A stretch of 64,000 nucleotides of DNA from Gracilinanus agilis (GCF_016433145.1 NC_058133.1:163057176-163121175), one strand, 5' to 3'. Positions 23,150-35,019 are shown, counted from the stretch's first letter. Notes: generated by a model not told the origin, from the letters alone. Numbers and translations: made by a program.

Positions 23150-23275
23150 CTTTGTGCCGGATCAGGTAGTGGCCCAGAATGATGAGCAGAATGAGCAGCA
23201 GGAAGACGATGAAGGCCACGATCCCCCCAATGACAGCATGGTAGGTGCTGGAAGTTGAGATCACTGGGCTGTGGT
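23150..23275 (-). CDS. CADM3: CADM3 exon 8, transmembrane
   Basis: CCCTCAG|AC … AAAG|GTTAG, 126 nt. Encodes DHSPVISTSSTYHAVIGGIVAFIVFLLLILLIILGHYLIRHK. Confidence 0.97.
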
Positions 23276-25727
23276 CTGAGGGTGGGAGATACAGTACAGT
23301 AAAACCTCACTAATGCCCTCCATGTTCCCTAGGATGCTTCTGAGCTAGGCATGATGAGGCAGAGGCATGGGTCAGGAGTTATATTAGGGGATGAGGGGCA
23401 ATGTCTGCTGTCTGCAAATATACATTTTCTGCTAATATGCATTGTGTTAGGGCCCAGAATACTGAGTCCTGACTTTGATTAAAGGTCCTGGCTTTGACTG
23501 TTGCTTGCTTTCTTTCATATTTTACTGCTGGGTTCTCAGGGTTTTTCATCTCTGATTCTTGCTGCCCTTGATTATTCTTCTCAAATCTAGGCTGATTTTG
23601 CTAGATAACTTGTCCTAGCAAACTGATGTAGCAGAAAGTGAAGACCCATGGGGGAAAATAGTGGGAAAAGGGAATATAGGCACTGGACCTTCCATAGGAA
23701 GGCTGCTGTGACTCTGAGGCAGGGCGGTCTTAAAGTCTTGCTCCAATATGACTAAAATTGAAGACTCACGACTGCACAGATAGCTGAAGGATTTGGGGCA
23801 GGGCTGGTGAGGCAGTCGAACAATAGCTAGTTTCTTTCTGGGGATAGGATCTGCTTTGAAAACTGAGGGACAGATCTTCAGAGCACAAACTGAGGGAGTG
23901 ATTAGCAAACATGGCACCATCCCTGGACAGAGTCACTGATAAAGTACCCAGACCCAAGGCCTAGATAGGTATGATGTTCCCCCAAATTGGATGTAATCAG
24001 TAGTAAATTTAATATCACTTCCGGTCTGGCTGAGCCAAGTTTTTTCATTTCTTGCCTATCAGTGCACCGTGGAAAGATAAAATATCTATACTCTGTCTCT
24101 CAACTCTCTGCCATTGAAAAAAGAGGGGGGGGCTTCATGTAGTATAATCTGTAGGAAATAGACCAACACTGACTCTATGGAGTCCATGCCCTGATGCTTG
24201 TCTCCCAGGGTGGATGCTTTGGGGCCACAGTAAACAGATAGGAGGTATTACTGGTTGAACGTTTCTCACATTTCCATGGAGCCAGTGGAGGTAGCAATTA
24301 TCTTTAGGAAGAAAAAGTTCCTATGACTAGAAAGGGTCTCAGAAGTCATCTTATTCAGTCTCCTGTTTCCAGGAAGGACTCAGACTAATTCAATTCCATA
24401 GACAGAATAGTCTCTACGGTAATGATATTCAGAGAAGGTAAAGAGATAACTCATTTCACCACCAGGCTTCAGTGTAGTTGATGAGGCAGATTAAATCAAA
24501 CAAGATTCATCCTGGTCCTTGGGCAGTTCATGGGAACTGAGGGTGGATGGGGGAGGCTATCCTCACAGACACAGTCACTTTGGAGAGATGACTCCTAAAG
24601 CCCTGTCAGAGGTGGACGAAAGTGCTTCCTGGGCAGAGATCTCACTGGAGCTCAGCATGTTTTCCTGTCTCTTTGGGGTTATCCAGTAGGCTTATCAGTA
24701 ATATGTTTTTGAGGATTGAGCTGGCTCAGGGAGACTGGAAATATTGGTGCTTAAAAAGTAGACACAGACTCTAGAAGGCTTTGACCCCCAAATGCTCTAG
24801 AATTCAAAACTCAGAAGGAGCAGTGAATGGTTCTCAGATCCTTTTACAAATTATTCAGATGAGGTTGCCACTGATACCCTGAGTCCACTCTAGTTCCTAA
24901 TACTCTTTGTCTCCAGTCTCATTTTCCTTGGGACTTCATCTGCTGAAGATGACTGGGGCAAGCTACTTGGCTGAGCTCCACTGACATTTGGATTTGCCAA
25001 AGAAGGGAAAGTTATACAGAACTGCAGCCTCTGGCAACTCTCCCGCTCAGAGACACTCTCTTAACAGGAGGTCTGTTAACCTCCCTGAGGCCTGACCTTT
25101 GGGTCATAGCTTCAAATAAGAACCTTTGGGAAAGAGGAGGTGCCTTTCTAGGAAAAGATATGAATTCTCAGAAGTCTCTTTGTGCCTTTACATGGTGACT
25201 GCTCGTCTCTCATCTCTTGCTTGCACCCAGTGTTGTTTAAAGACTGCAGGGAAAGGAAAAGACCATGACACGTACCCAAACCCCCACTCCCAAGCCCAGT
25301 AACTTGACTAACTAGAGGGAACAACCTTCTGGAATGAGAAGGGTAGCTAATACTGACTCAGGAAGCCTAGAGAGGTTCTTCTATAGGATTGTTGCTATTC
25401 TTTTCAAGGACAAGGATTGGATGAGAGTGAAGATGGTGCCACTTGAACCAAACACTGTTGGAGGCAATCGCTACCGTCCATTCCAACAGGCAGATGAGAG
25501 GCACACTCCGCTCTTTTACTCTTCCCTTTTATTCTCCACTCTTGAGTGGACCTGAAGCTTAAGTCCTTGGCACTCTCTGAGCCTGCCTGAACTCTTTTCT
25601 GGATTTCTTTCAGTCCTATTATTAGCACAGCTAAGAGGAGCTAGAGAGGTGAGTATGAAGGACAGAAGAAGGATAGGACCAGTAGGGGAAATCAGTTGAG
25701 AATAGGGGTTAGGGGGAGGTGGCTCAC

Positions 25728-25897
25728 CGCTGACATCCAAAGTGTAGTAGGCTATGTGGCTGCCCATGTTGTTTGAGGCTGTACATTGGTAGATGCCGCT
25801 GTCACTCTTGTTGAGAAACGGAAAGATCAGGGCACTCTCATGGGTCATCAGCAGTGGTGGTTCGATGCCTGTCTTCACCCACTCGTACTGCTGGGGG
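25728..25897 (-). CDS. CADM3: CADM3 exon 7, Ig3 second part
   Basis: CTCCACAG|C … AGCG|GTGAG, 170 nt. Encodes PQQYEWVKTGIEPPLLMTHESALIFPFLNKSDSGIYQCTASNNMGSHIAYYTLDVS. Confidence 0.97.
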
Positions 25898-26447
25898 CTG
25901 TGGAGGCAGAGAGATCAGAGGGCTGCAGGGAAGAGGAGGTTGAGGAGCTGTAGGAATAAAAGCCTGGGAGCAGGGGGAAGTCAAGTAGTTATAGAAAAGG
26001 GGTTCAAGACTCTTTGGGGAGATGGGAGGCATGGGGAGAGGGCGAGGGAACAAACATAGATTAAGTGTTTATTATGTGCCAGGCACTAGGCTAAGTGTTT
26101 TGTGAATAATATCTCACTTGATTTTTATAACAACCCTTGGAGGAAGGTAGGCATGGCAGCTTTCAGAGTCTGAGATAGCAGACAAGGCTCTGAGAGCTGC
26201 CTAGAGATAAGGAGGCAGGAGCTGTGAGAGGAGAAAAGCATTCCTCCTGAAGGAGGTTTCCTACATATGTACTCTAGGGTCAGGGAGAGATGACATTTTT
26301 ATCATCTTCCTCAAAGGTAGGTTTGTGAGCAAAGTGCTTCCCAATCTCAAAGCACTTTTATGTATTTAGATGAGAATTATTATTATTATTATAATTAGCT
26401 TTAAAAGACCCATAAGGGAGATAAGTACCTCCTAAGAACATCAGAAG

Positions 26448-26683
26448 TTTTTGCTCTGATGCTGTCTTCCTTGTAGATACAACGTGGAGGATGAAGGGAC
26501 TTGTTGAGCAAGACCAGAGAAATCGGGAGCAGAAAAATTTAGCTTTTACCCTGATGCTGTCTATGGAGGATGAAGGGACTTGTTGAGCAAGACAAGAAAA
26601 ATTGGGAGCAGAAAAATTTAGCTTTTGCTCTGATGCTGTCTATAGAGGATGAAGGGACTTGTTGAGCAAGACCAGAGAAACTG
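26448..26683. repeat. 79-bp unit tandem repeat, about 2.5 copies plus a partial copy, CADM3 intron 6
   Basis: Unit TGGAGGATGAAGGGACTTGTTGAGCAAGAC…CTGATGCTGTCTA starts at 26485, 26564 and 26643. Confidence 0.93.
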
Positions 26684-26774
26684 GTAGACTAGAGAGGCAT
26701 TGCTGATGAGGCTTGAATGACAGGGTGAATTTCAGGAATAAGTAGGGGCTGAGGGGACAGGTACTTCTTCTTAC

Positions 26775-26865
26775 ATAGGATTGCCGTGACCTTCACATTG
26801 TAGCATCAACTTCTCGCCTTCTCGGGGATGTTGGGGATATGGCCTAATCATTGCTGTTGGTGTGT
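26775..26865 (-). CDS. CADM3: CADM3 exon 6, Ig3 first part
   Basis: TTTCTACAG|AC … CCTAT|GTAAG, 91 nt. Encodes YTPTAMIRPYPQHPREGEKLMLQCEGHGNPI. Confidence 0.97.
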
Positions 26866-27226
26866 CTGTAGAAACACAACCTAGATCAGCCCAGAATTCC
26901 ACATATTCTTTCTGAAACTTAACCCCAACCCCTGCCCAAATTTCCTTTGATATCTTGGTACCCCTCAAAATTTTCACTTTAGAATGCCTCATGAGCCTAG
27001 GGGAGTCCTGGCTGCCTATATTCCATTCTCTACTACACCTAAATCTTCTGCACTGGCCCCCATTTCTGGCCCCGTCCCCGCAACCCTCTACCCTTGCCCT
27101 TATCCACTTTTCCGCTGCTTGTGCCCCTTGTGCTGCTGGCTTTGTCCTGTCCTCAATTTCACTCCTGCCTATCTCTTGGTCTTCATGAGATGATCCCTGC
27201 TCCATCTTCCCAAACCCAGGACGTAC

Positions 27227-27394
27227 AGAGGACTTCGATCCGCTGAGAGGTGGACCTGTCCATGTCCTGTAGAGACTTGTGCTTTACAGAGCATGTGACA
27301 TCAACTCCATCATCTTCCCGGAACACCTGGAATTCCACCGAACTGCTCACTGTGAACGTTTTATTGGCATCCTCCTGAACCATGAGTGGCTTCC
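27227..27394 (-). CDS. CADM3: CADM3 exon 5, Ig2 second part
   Basis: CATACTATAG|GG … CTCT|GTACGT, 168 nt. Encodes GKPLMVQEDANKTFTVSSSVEFQVFREDDGVDVTCSVKHKSLQDMDRSTSQRIEVL. Confidence 0.96.
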
Positions 27395-27755
27395 CTATAG
27401 TATGGAAAGTGCACATAGATAAATACATTGACACAAGTCAGAGTGAGCTGCAACATTCACTCACATTATATACAGAGATACTTGAAATTGTGAGCCTCCG
27501 GACTCTTTGAAAAATTTTAATAGACATATTCAGATATACCTATTATATCTTATATTATATATATTATACAATTTGTATTATATGTGTCTATATATGCCTA
27601 GAAACACACATCATTATATATCTCTGTGCACATGCATACAAAATATCTTATTCCTTTTTCTTCCTACTTAAAACAGGATTATCACCGCACATATACATAT
27701 CCATGCTTACACGCATCCATGCCAATATAATATTATAGGGAGAAGAAGAACTCAC

Positions 27756-27893
27756 CCTTGAGCTCCTGATCACCCTTCCTCCAGCTGATCTCTGCAGCAG
27801 GTTTGCTTCCTTTCGACAGACAGGTAAGGTGGGCTTTCCCCTTCTCCGGGATTGCAGACACATAGCCAGTGATTTGGGGCTTCTGTGGGATTC
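27756..27893 (-). CDS. CADM3: CADM3 exon 4, Ig2 first part
   Basis: TGGCAG|GA … AAGG|GTGAG, 138 nt. Encodes GIPQKPQITGYVSAIPEKGKAHLTCLSKGSKPAAEISWRKGDQELK. Confidence 0.96.
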
Positions 27894-29105
27894 CTGCCAT
27901 AGATTGGTGGGGGTATGGCCAGGATAGGAAGGAGAGGCACTATGAGTCTAGTTCTAGCCCTGTCACTCCCTGTCCCTAGGGATCTTCCTACTGAAAGGGA
28001 ATGTGGTATCATGGAAAGATTGATGAACTAGGATCCACGAGACCCAGTGCTGCCACTCATTGTGTGTGACTCTGAGTAAGTCATTTCCCTACACCTTCTA
28101 AAAATATTCCGCTTCTTGAATTCTTGAATCCAAAAGAGTCTCAGATAAGCTATCTCACACATGGGCTCAAGCAATCCTTCTCCAAAATCCAAATTATAAA
28201 TACCAACCTGAGAGTAATACTATTTACCAGAAGAGTCAGACATATAACCTAGTTATCCAATAAGGGAAAGCCAAGGGTGGAGGGATCAAGAAAGTTTGGG
28301 AGCCTGCCAGTGTGGCCCAGAGGGAGGCATGACTCCACAGAATTCTTCTCTTTGAAAAATATAGATTCTTTTCCCCAAAACACTGACATGAATTTCTTAC
28401 TAGGAAGAATAATGTTTACAAGCTGGGAACTGAATAATCCACCTCTAACAGAATAGCTCCTAAGGGATGAGGAATCTGGATTTTTTTTTTCTAGCCCCAA
28501 TTCTGTTATGAACTAGCCATGCTTCCTTAGGCAAGTAGCGTGACTTTCCTGCATCCAATTTCCTCCTCTATAAATGAAAGAGGTTGCACTAGATAATTTC
28601 TAAAAAAAATGTATATCGTTCAAATCCATGATTCCTGAGTAAAGGTGAGGCCTTCCTGCATCTTCTCCTGTTTCTCAAATTGACTATGTTCTGGTAGCAG
28701 AAAATGGAGTTGGCCCAAGGGAAACTTGGAAAGTATTTCTCTGCTGAAAAGTGGGAAGGGGCATTAAGTCAGCAGAGCTATAACTAGGAATTCTCATGCC
28801 CTGGGCAGGTTCTATTATTCTGGTTCAGATGAAGAGAAATATGACCTGGAATGGGAGAATATTTGGGAATGGAGAAAATGGTAGTAAGAGAGGGGGAGGG
28901 TCACAGGGTATCAAAGGCACCCTGATCTCAACCATCTACAAGAAAAACTGGAAATTCCTCTGAGGACTTTAAATCTCAGATGGTCTATAGCATTCTGTCC
29001 CTCACAGTGTTCAACCCAGGCCCTTATACTGTAATCAATAATCTCCAATTCCTTCAGCATAGTTATTTATATGTTATCTTTCTCCATTAGAATGTGAGCT
29101 CCTGT

Positions 29106-29297
29106 GGGGCAGCTAGGTGACTCAGTGGATAAAGAGCCAGGCCTAGAGATGGAAGGTCTGAGATTCAAGTCTGAACTCAGACACTTTTAAACTATGTGAT
29201 TCTGGACAAATCACTAACTCCAATTGCTTAGCACTTACTCTTTTGCCTTGGAACCAGAAGGTAAAATAATTTAAAAAAAAAAAAAAAAGAAAAGAAA
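29106..29297 (+). mobile_element. Didelphid SINE
   Basis: GGGGCAGCTAGGTGACTCAGTGGATAAAGAGCCAGGCCTAGAGATGG … GAAGGTAAA plus A-rich tail. Confidence 0.85.
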
Positions 29298-29589
29298 AGA
29301 AAGAAGATGTGCTCCCTCAGGGCAGGGACCATACTTTTTCCAGGCACACAATAATTCCTTATAAATGCTTGTTGACTAACTGGGGAGGAGATAAATGATG
29401 AAAAACTCAATTAGAGGGAGGTGGTCTTTGGGAGAGGGAATGCTACTGTGCCAGTACTCTGGTGGGTGCAGAGATTAAATATATAAAGTCATACCACACT
29501 GCACAGGCTATTTGAGGACCATGAGACAGCTAGTCATTTGGTTAGCATGTCTTAAGTTCTTTTTTTTTTTAAACTTTTTTTTAAATGAT

Positions 29590-29771
29590 TTTTTTAAACC
29601 CTTAACTTCTGTGTATTGGCTCTTAGGTGGAAGAGTGGTAAGGGTGGGCAATGGGGGTCAAGTGACTTGCCCAGGGTCACACAGCTGGGAAGTGTCTGAG
29701 GCCGGATCTGAACCTAGGACCTTCTGTCTCTAGGCCTGACTCTCAATCCATTGAGCTACTCAGCTGCCCCC
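29590..29771 (-). mobile_element. Young didelphid SINE
   Basis: The reverse complement starts GGGGCAGCTGAGTAGCTCAATGGATTGAGAG. T-rich tail on plus; flanks CTTAAGTTCTT / CTTAAATTCTT. Confidence 0.88.
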
Positions 29772-30298
29772 TTAAATTCTTGATGATTAAAAGACACAGG
29801 CCCATTAAGATGCGGAACTACTAGAAAGTCCAGAGGAAAAAGTGTTCTCTGGATGTCAGTGCCCTGAGACAAAATCTTGGTAACCTTGTCCTGATTAAGT
29901 CATTGTGCAAATGACATTTTTTTTTTATCACCTAAGTAGTGCTTGGCTTGAAAAGTTTTTGAACCACTGCTTTTCTGGCAGCAACCCTGGGATGAGAACG
30001 AAAATTCCAGTCCCTGTTTCATCATTAAGCATCTACATGACTTTGAGCAACGCATTTAATTTCTTTGTGCCTTGGTTTTCCAATCTGTCAAATGGAAATG
30101 AATACAATTTGACCTGTCTACCTTAAAGGGTTGCTTTAAGGACTGAGTGATATAATGTATGCATAAGTTCTAAACAAACACAAGACAGAGAGGGAAGAAT
30201 GGGCAAGGGAAGAGCTTGATAGCGTTGGAGAACTGGAAGGGAGAGCCTAGAGTCTAGGGGGAACATACACTGGGAAGACTGGGATTTGGGCTCCTCAC

Positions 30299-30451
30299 CA
30301 AGCACAGTGACGAGAGACTTGGCAGTGCGCACAGGCATAGTGAAGATGGAGCAGGTATACTCGCCCTCATCTGCCAGGGCCACCTTGCTGATACTGATGG
30401 TCAGTTCGTTGGGGGTGGAGCGCACCAACTGGATCCTGTTATCTCGAAGCG
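30299..30451 (-). CDS. CADM3: CADM3 exon 3, Ig1 (V-set) second part
   Basis: TTTCTCTAG|CG … CTTG|GTGAG, 153 nt. Encodes ALRDNRIQLVRSTPNELTISISKVALADEGEYTCSIFTMPVRTAKSLVTVL. Confidence 0.97.
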
Positions 30452-30984
30452 CTAGAGAAAAACAAGACAGTGCTCAGAACTTACTATGTCCATTTTCCTT
30501 TCAGTCTTGCCTTCTCAACATTGAGAGGGAGGGTAGGAATGGGGAAGAGAAAACATTGCCCTTGAATTAAAGTAAATTTTTTTAAAATAGTCATCATATT
30601 CCTTTCTAGGGCCAAGTCATACAGTGATTTGAAAATGATTCAAGCAAAAGTTGAAACCAAAAATCAGGTTTAACTTGATGGGGGCTTGTTCAATTCTGGA
30701 TTCCTGAGCAGACCCTGAAAAACCCACCTACATCTTTTCAGAGACTTCTAGAGTGAGATCACTCTAGAACCATATCAGACATGCATGCATGGTTATTCCA
30801 GGCTAGACTTCCAGTCCTAGAGATTCTCCTGACTGAGAAAAAAAAATATTCTTTAAAAAAATTGGATGACCTTCATCTGGGGGTCCCCAGAAGTGGCTTA
30901 TCCCACTTCTTTTCCACTGTGTTCTCTAAAAATCCCATTTCATCCCTACCTTACCCAAAGGGATGATGACTTAAAAGATTGTAC

Positions 30985-31125
30985 CTCTCTTCTCCCCAAA
31001 GTAGAGAGTCTGCTGAGCAGGGTTCGACCACTGCAGGGATGAAGAATCAGGGTCTTTCACTTGGCACTTGAGTTGTACAGTATCACCAGCCACTACTGTC
31101 ATATCATATGTCCAGGGCTGACTTT
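30985..31125 (-). CDS. CADM3: CADM3 exon 2, Ig1 (V-set) first part
   Basis: CTCCTACAG|AA … AGAG|GTAC, 141 nt. Encodes SQPWTYDMTVVAGDTVQLKCQVKDPDSSSLQWSNPAQQTLYFGEKR. It is not in the supplied ORF track and was read directly from the sequence. Confidence 0.97.
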
Positions 31126-31330
31126 CTGTAGGAGCAAAGGAGGATCAGCTTTCTGTACATACCATTGCCCTTCAACTCTTGGGCAAAAGCCCAATTCTTT
31201 TCCCTCCCTCCTTTCCCTCCAACAGATATCCCTCCATTATCTGATCCTCTTGTCTTCTCTAGGGCAATGTGGATGATGGAAATTAAGGGTATAAGAGAGA
31301 AAGGCATTTTCTTGTCCTCTTCCTCTAAAG

Positions 31331-31537
31331 CAGGGGTTGGCAACCTTTTTTGGCCGTAAAAGCCATAAACGCCACATTTTTTAAAATGTAATTTCATGAG
31401 AGCCGTACAGTGCTCACAGTGAGGCTCCTGTAACAGCGCCTGAAAAAAAATTGACTTTATGGCTCCTGCAGAAAGAGCCATATCTGGCCCTCAAAAGAGC
31501 CAGATATGGCTTGAAAGCCATTCGTTGCCGACCCCTG
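31331..31537 (+). mobile_element. hAT/Charlie-type MITE, 207 bp, full-length copy
   Basis: Terminal inverted repeats CAGGGGTTGGCAAC / GTTGCCGACCCCTG, perfect 8-bp target duplication CTCTAAAG (31323-31330 and 31538-31545), internal 12-bp inverted repeat GCCATATCTGGC / GCCAGATATGGC. Confidence 0.92.
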
Positions 31538-33232
31538 CTCTAAAGAGAGATAGAAGTTTGCCCTGAAAGATACATTTGCTGAATGTCTGCTAATTCCTAA
31601 ATGGAACATAGAAACACAAAGACTCACTGGGACAGACACATATAATTTATATACCCAGATCTGAGGGTATTTTCTTATGTACATTGCTGCACTACCTAAC
31701 CTGAAAAATACAGATCCTTTCCTCTACCAGCCATTCTTCTGTTGCCACCCAGTGTAAACTGGGTAAATAAGTACAGGGACCAAGGGAATCTGAGTAGGTC
31801 TGATGATTCCAAAAGCCAAAGGAAGCAAAGACAACTATTTCACTGCCTGGCTCAGACAGAGATAAATATCTTAGTTAGCAGATAGTGGTAAAACTATATA
31901 TAACAAAAGAGAAAGTCAGAAAAGAAAGTGTTAATGCAGATGTGTCTATTTCCCTAAGAATGATTTCTCCTAATTAGTCCCCAAAACTAGTCTTTTATAA
32001 AACTAAAATACTCCTTGTATATTCTACTCTTTTCACTTTCTCTCCCAATCAAAGTACCTTTAGGAAACTAAGGGTACAACCAAAGAACTTTTAGGAAAGC
32101 ACCTTTAACAGTAAGAAAAAATTTTTCCCTCTAACACAGAAGAATGTATTTTCTATTCCTTCCCATTGCCACATTAAAAGAAAGGATGCTCAAATAATGT
32201 GTCAGATAAGAGAATCTTTAATCTTATAGCACTGACTTATCTCCAGTATGGTCTTGAATCCTCCAAGCCCAGATTTCACCAAACTGCCATTTTTGGTTGC
32301 CTAATACTAACTAGTACTGAGCCCCTGGATCTCATTACTGATTTTTTTTACTTCCCCTTTCTTATTCTATACTTATACTATACAATACTAAATCCAAAAG
32401 CACCAATCTCCTCCATTCTCTACTGAAATGTTTTTATCTTGACCCACAAGAGAGAAGAGAATAAGCATTATGTCAACTATTATGTCCAGGTACTGTACAA
32501 ATATTATTTCTTTTGATCTTCATATCAATCCTTTGAGGTAGATGCTATTATTACTACCATTTTAAAGATGAGAAAACTGAGGCAGAGTGTAAGTGACTTG
32601 CCCAGGGTCACATAAGTGAGTAATTGAGGTCAATTTGAACTCGTGTCTTCCAGATTCCAGGTCCAGCACTTTTGACTCAGCTGCATCAGGACAATGAATT
32701 GATTTAACCTAATATAGCCCTATCTCAAACTGGCTCCTATAGCAAATCCCTTAAGAAAGCCTCCCCACCTTCTCCTCCTTTAGGCTAACAATTACCATTT
32801 CAAAAAATCCTCAAACTATTGACTTAACTTCTCACTGGTATTGCCTTCCTGCTCTCTTAGTCATAACAGCTACCCTTCCTAAACTTACACCTGCACTGGG
32901 AGCTCTCCCAACAAAGGGGGAAGTACTCTGGTATAAAGACCAAGCATAGTCTTTTTATTTCCCATACTATCCAGGAGCTCATAGTTCCCAGGCCAAGTTT
33001 CTGTCTAGCTCCTCATACCTCTTTCCTTGGACCCTTCTTTAATGGGAATCAAAGAATTTCAGCTAGAAGGGAAATAATTTAGTTGAATCTCCTTATTTTA
33101 CAGATTGTGTTATCAAGGCTTGGAGAAGAAGAATGATTTCCTCAAGCCTCTCACTGAAAGTTAATGGCAGGGCTATGACTAGATCTCAGGTCAGTTGACT
33201 CTGAGTTTAGAGCCTTTCTATTAAATAAATCA

Positions 33233-33393
33233 NNNNNNNNNNNNNNNNNNNNNNNNNNNNNNNNNNNNNNNNNNNNNNNNNNNNNNNNNNNNNNNNNNNN
33301 NNNNNNNNNNNNNNNNNNNNNNNNNNNNNNNNNNNNNNNNNNNNNNNNNNNNNNNNNNNNNNNNNNNNNNNNNNNNNNNNNNNNNNNNNNNNN
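33233..33393. other. Assembly gap (further gaps at 40918-41077, 41186-41455, 60464-60727)
   Basis: Runs of N. Confidence 0.99.
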
Positions 33394-33617
33394 TGAGATT
33401 TAGATACTCATGAACTGGCTAGGAAGAAGTTATGTCTCAAATGCCCCAAGTTCATCACTTCCAAATTACAAGTGCAATTTCTTAGTAATAGTGTCTCAAC
33501 TTTTGAATATTAGTTCTTCAGTCCTTAGTTTCTCTGGAAGAAATCTCCCTGGGTTTTGGTTTTTTAAGATTCAAAACAGCCTCAACATATCCTCCCCTGG
33601 AATTCTTTCCTTTACAG

Positions 33618-33830
33618 CAGAGGTGTCAAACACACAGACAGCAGGCAGCCAGCAACACTCTAGAGAGCTGCCTGAATTAGATTAAAATGTAATTGGGAAA
33701 TATTTAACAAAATAAATAAAATACAATAAAGCACAGAAAGTATATTTTAAAACTAAGTCAATTTGCAGCCTTTGGCTATCCTTATATTTGGATTAGTGGT
33801 CCCCACTTCCATTTAAATCTGATGCCATTG
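33618..33830 (+). mobile_element. Older hAT-type MITE (degraded)
   Basis: CAGAGGTGTCAAAC left end, degraded right end (CTGATGCCATTG), AT-rich core typical of marsupial hAT MITEs. No clear target duplication. Confidence 0.5.
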
Positions 33831-34511
33831 CCTTCCCCAGGTGAAAGGTTGGGGGTGTAGAAACCTTTTCTATTGGAGTAAAGGGAAGAGACAGAAAAAG
33901 TGAAGGAGGAGGATAGAGGCATAGATTGGGGCATATGCCCTAGAAACACGAAAAGAGTTAGAACAAGGAATCAGAAGACTGGGGTAAAGTGAATGAACAG
34001 ATGAGGGAAGGAACAAGAAGGATATTAAGAAAGATTGGTGTAAGGGAATCTGGGCAAGGCTGAATGTGGCTTTACTGGCCATATTGTTTGGTCAATCTAG
34101 ACTTCAAAAGTAAGAAATTCCACGAAGGGATCCAGAGCTCCAGGTGCTTAAATCTTATTGCAATTAGGGGTTGTGAGGGTTGGAGAAGAGAAGAAAGAAT
34201 CTCTGCCAGAGATGACTCCTATAGATAGTCTACATCTAGGGTCCTGCCCGACCTTTCAGGGTAAGAAGGAAGAGGCAATTGAATCATTGCGAAGGGGCAG
34301 ATTCTTTAAGATATTAATGAAAGAGAATGCATCATGGAATTTGGAAGGACAAGTAGAGTTCCCCTAGGAGATGGTATGGTGGTAAATTACAAAAGGAGGT
34401 TAATGTTTATCATAGGCTCCTAGACTGTAAACGTTTGAAGAGACCTCAGAAATCACCTAATTCAAACAGAGACCTTGCGTTACTTACCCAAGGACAAACT
34501 TGTTAATTGTA

Positions 34512-35019
34512 CAGGTATCCCTTCCATATCTCAACTTACCCCACTGTGGTTTTGATATATCACGGGACGGTATAAGAAATTAAATAGTAATTTTTGGGGG
34601 AGTGTTGCAGAAACAGAAGCTGAAGATGACAAAAGATCAGTAGACAGCACAGAAAACTTCAGAAACTCAAAAATGCATAAAATATAATTATAGTTTTGTA
34701 TAATATTAACATATTTTATTTTTAATACCATAAATATTTGCAATTTCTTTTTTAAAGTTAAAATAGTTAAAGTTTGAAAAAAAGAGCATAAGCCAATATG
34801 TGACACACAAAAGGCTGGAAATATAAACGTTGACCTACATATAGCCTATAACCAAATACTTAACCCAAGTTTTATAACAAGGTACTTTAAGCACCCCATA
34901 AAAGGAAAAAAAAATCAGACCTTCTCACATATGAAAGGAGGGCCAAAAATATATACTGGGATTTTCCAGATCGAGGGGGAGTCTAGCCTCTAAAACCTAC
35001 AAAGTGGAAGGAATATCTC
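34512..35019 (+). mobile_element. Tc1/mariner-Tigger-type non-autonomous DNA transposon (about 510 bp)
   Basis: Inverted ends CAGGTATCCCTTCCATAT … AAGTGGAAGGAATATCTC flanked by TA on both sides (34510-34511, 35020-35021). Confidence 0.65.

Noticed and set aside
26448-26683. Repeat array as CRISPR-like
   Set aside because: Contiguous tandem units without unique spacers, in a mammalian intron.
29106-29180. tRNA-like box A/B sequences at SINE heads
   Set aside because: They are SINE promoters continuing into SINE bodies; no cloverleaf or tRNA 3' end.
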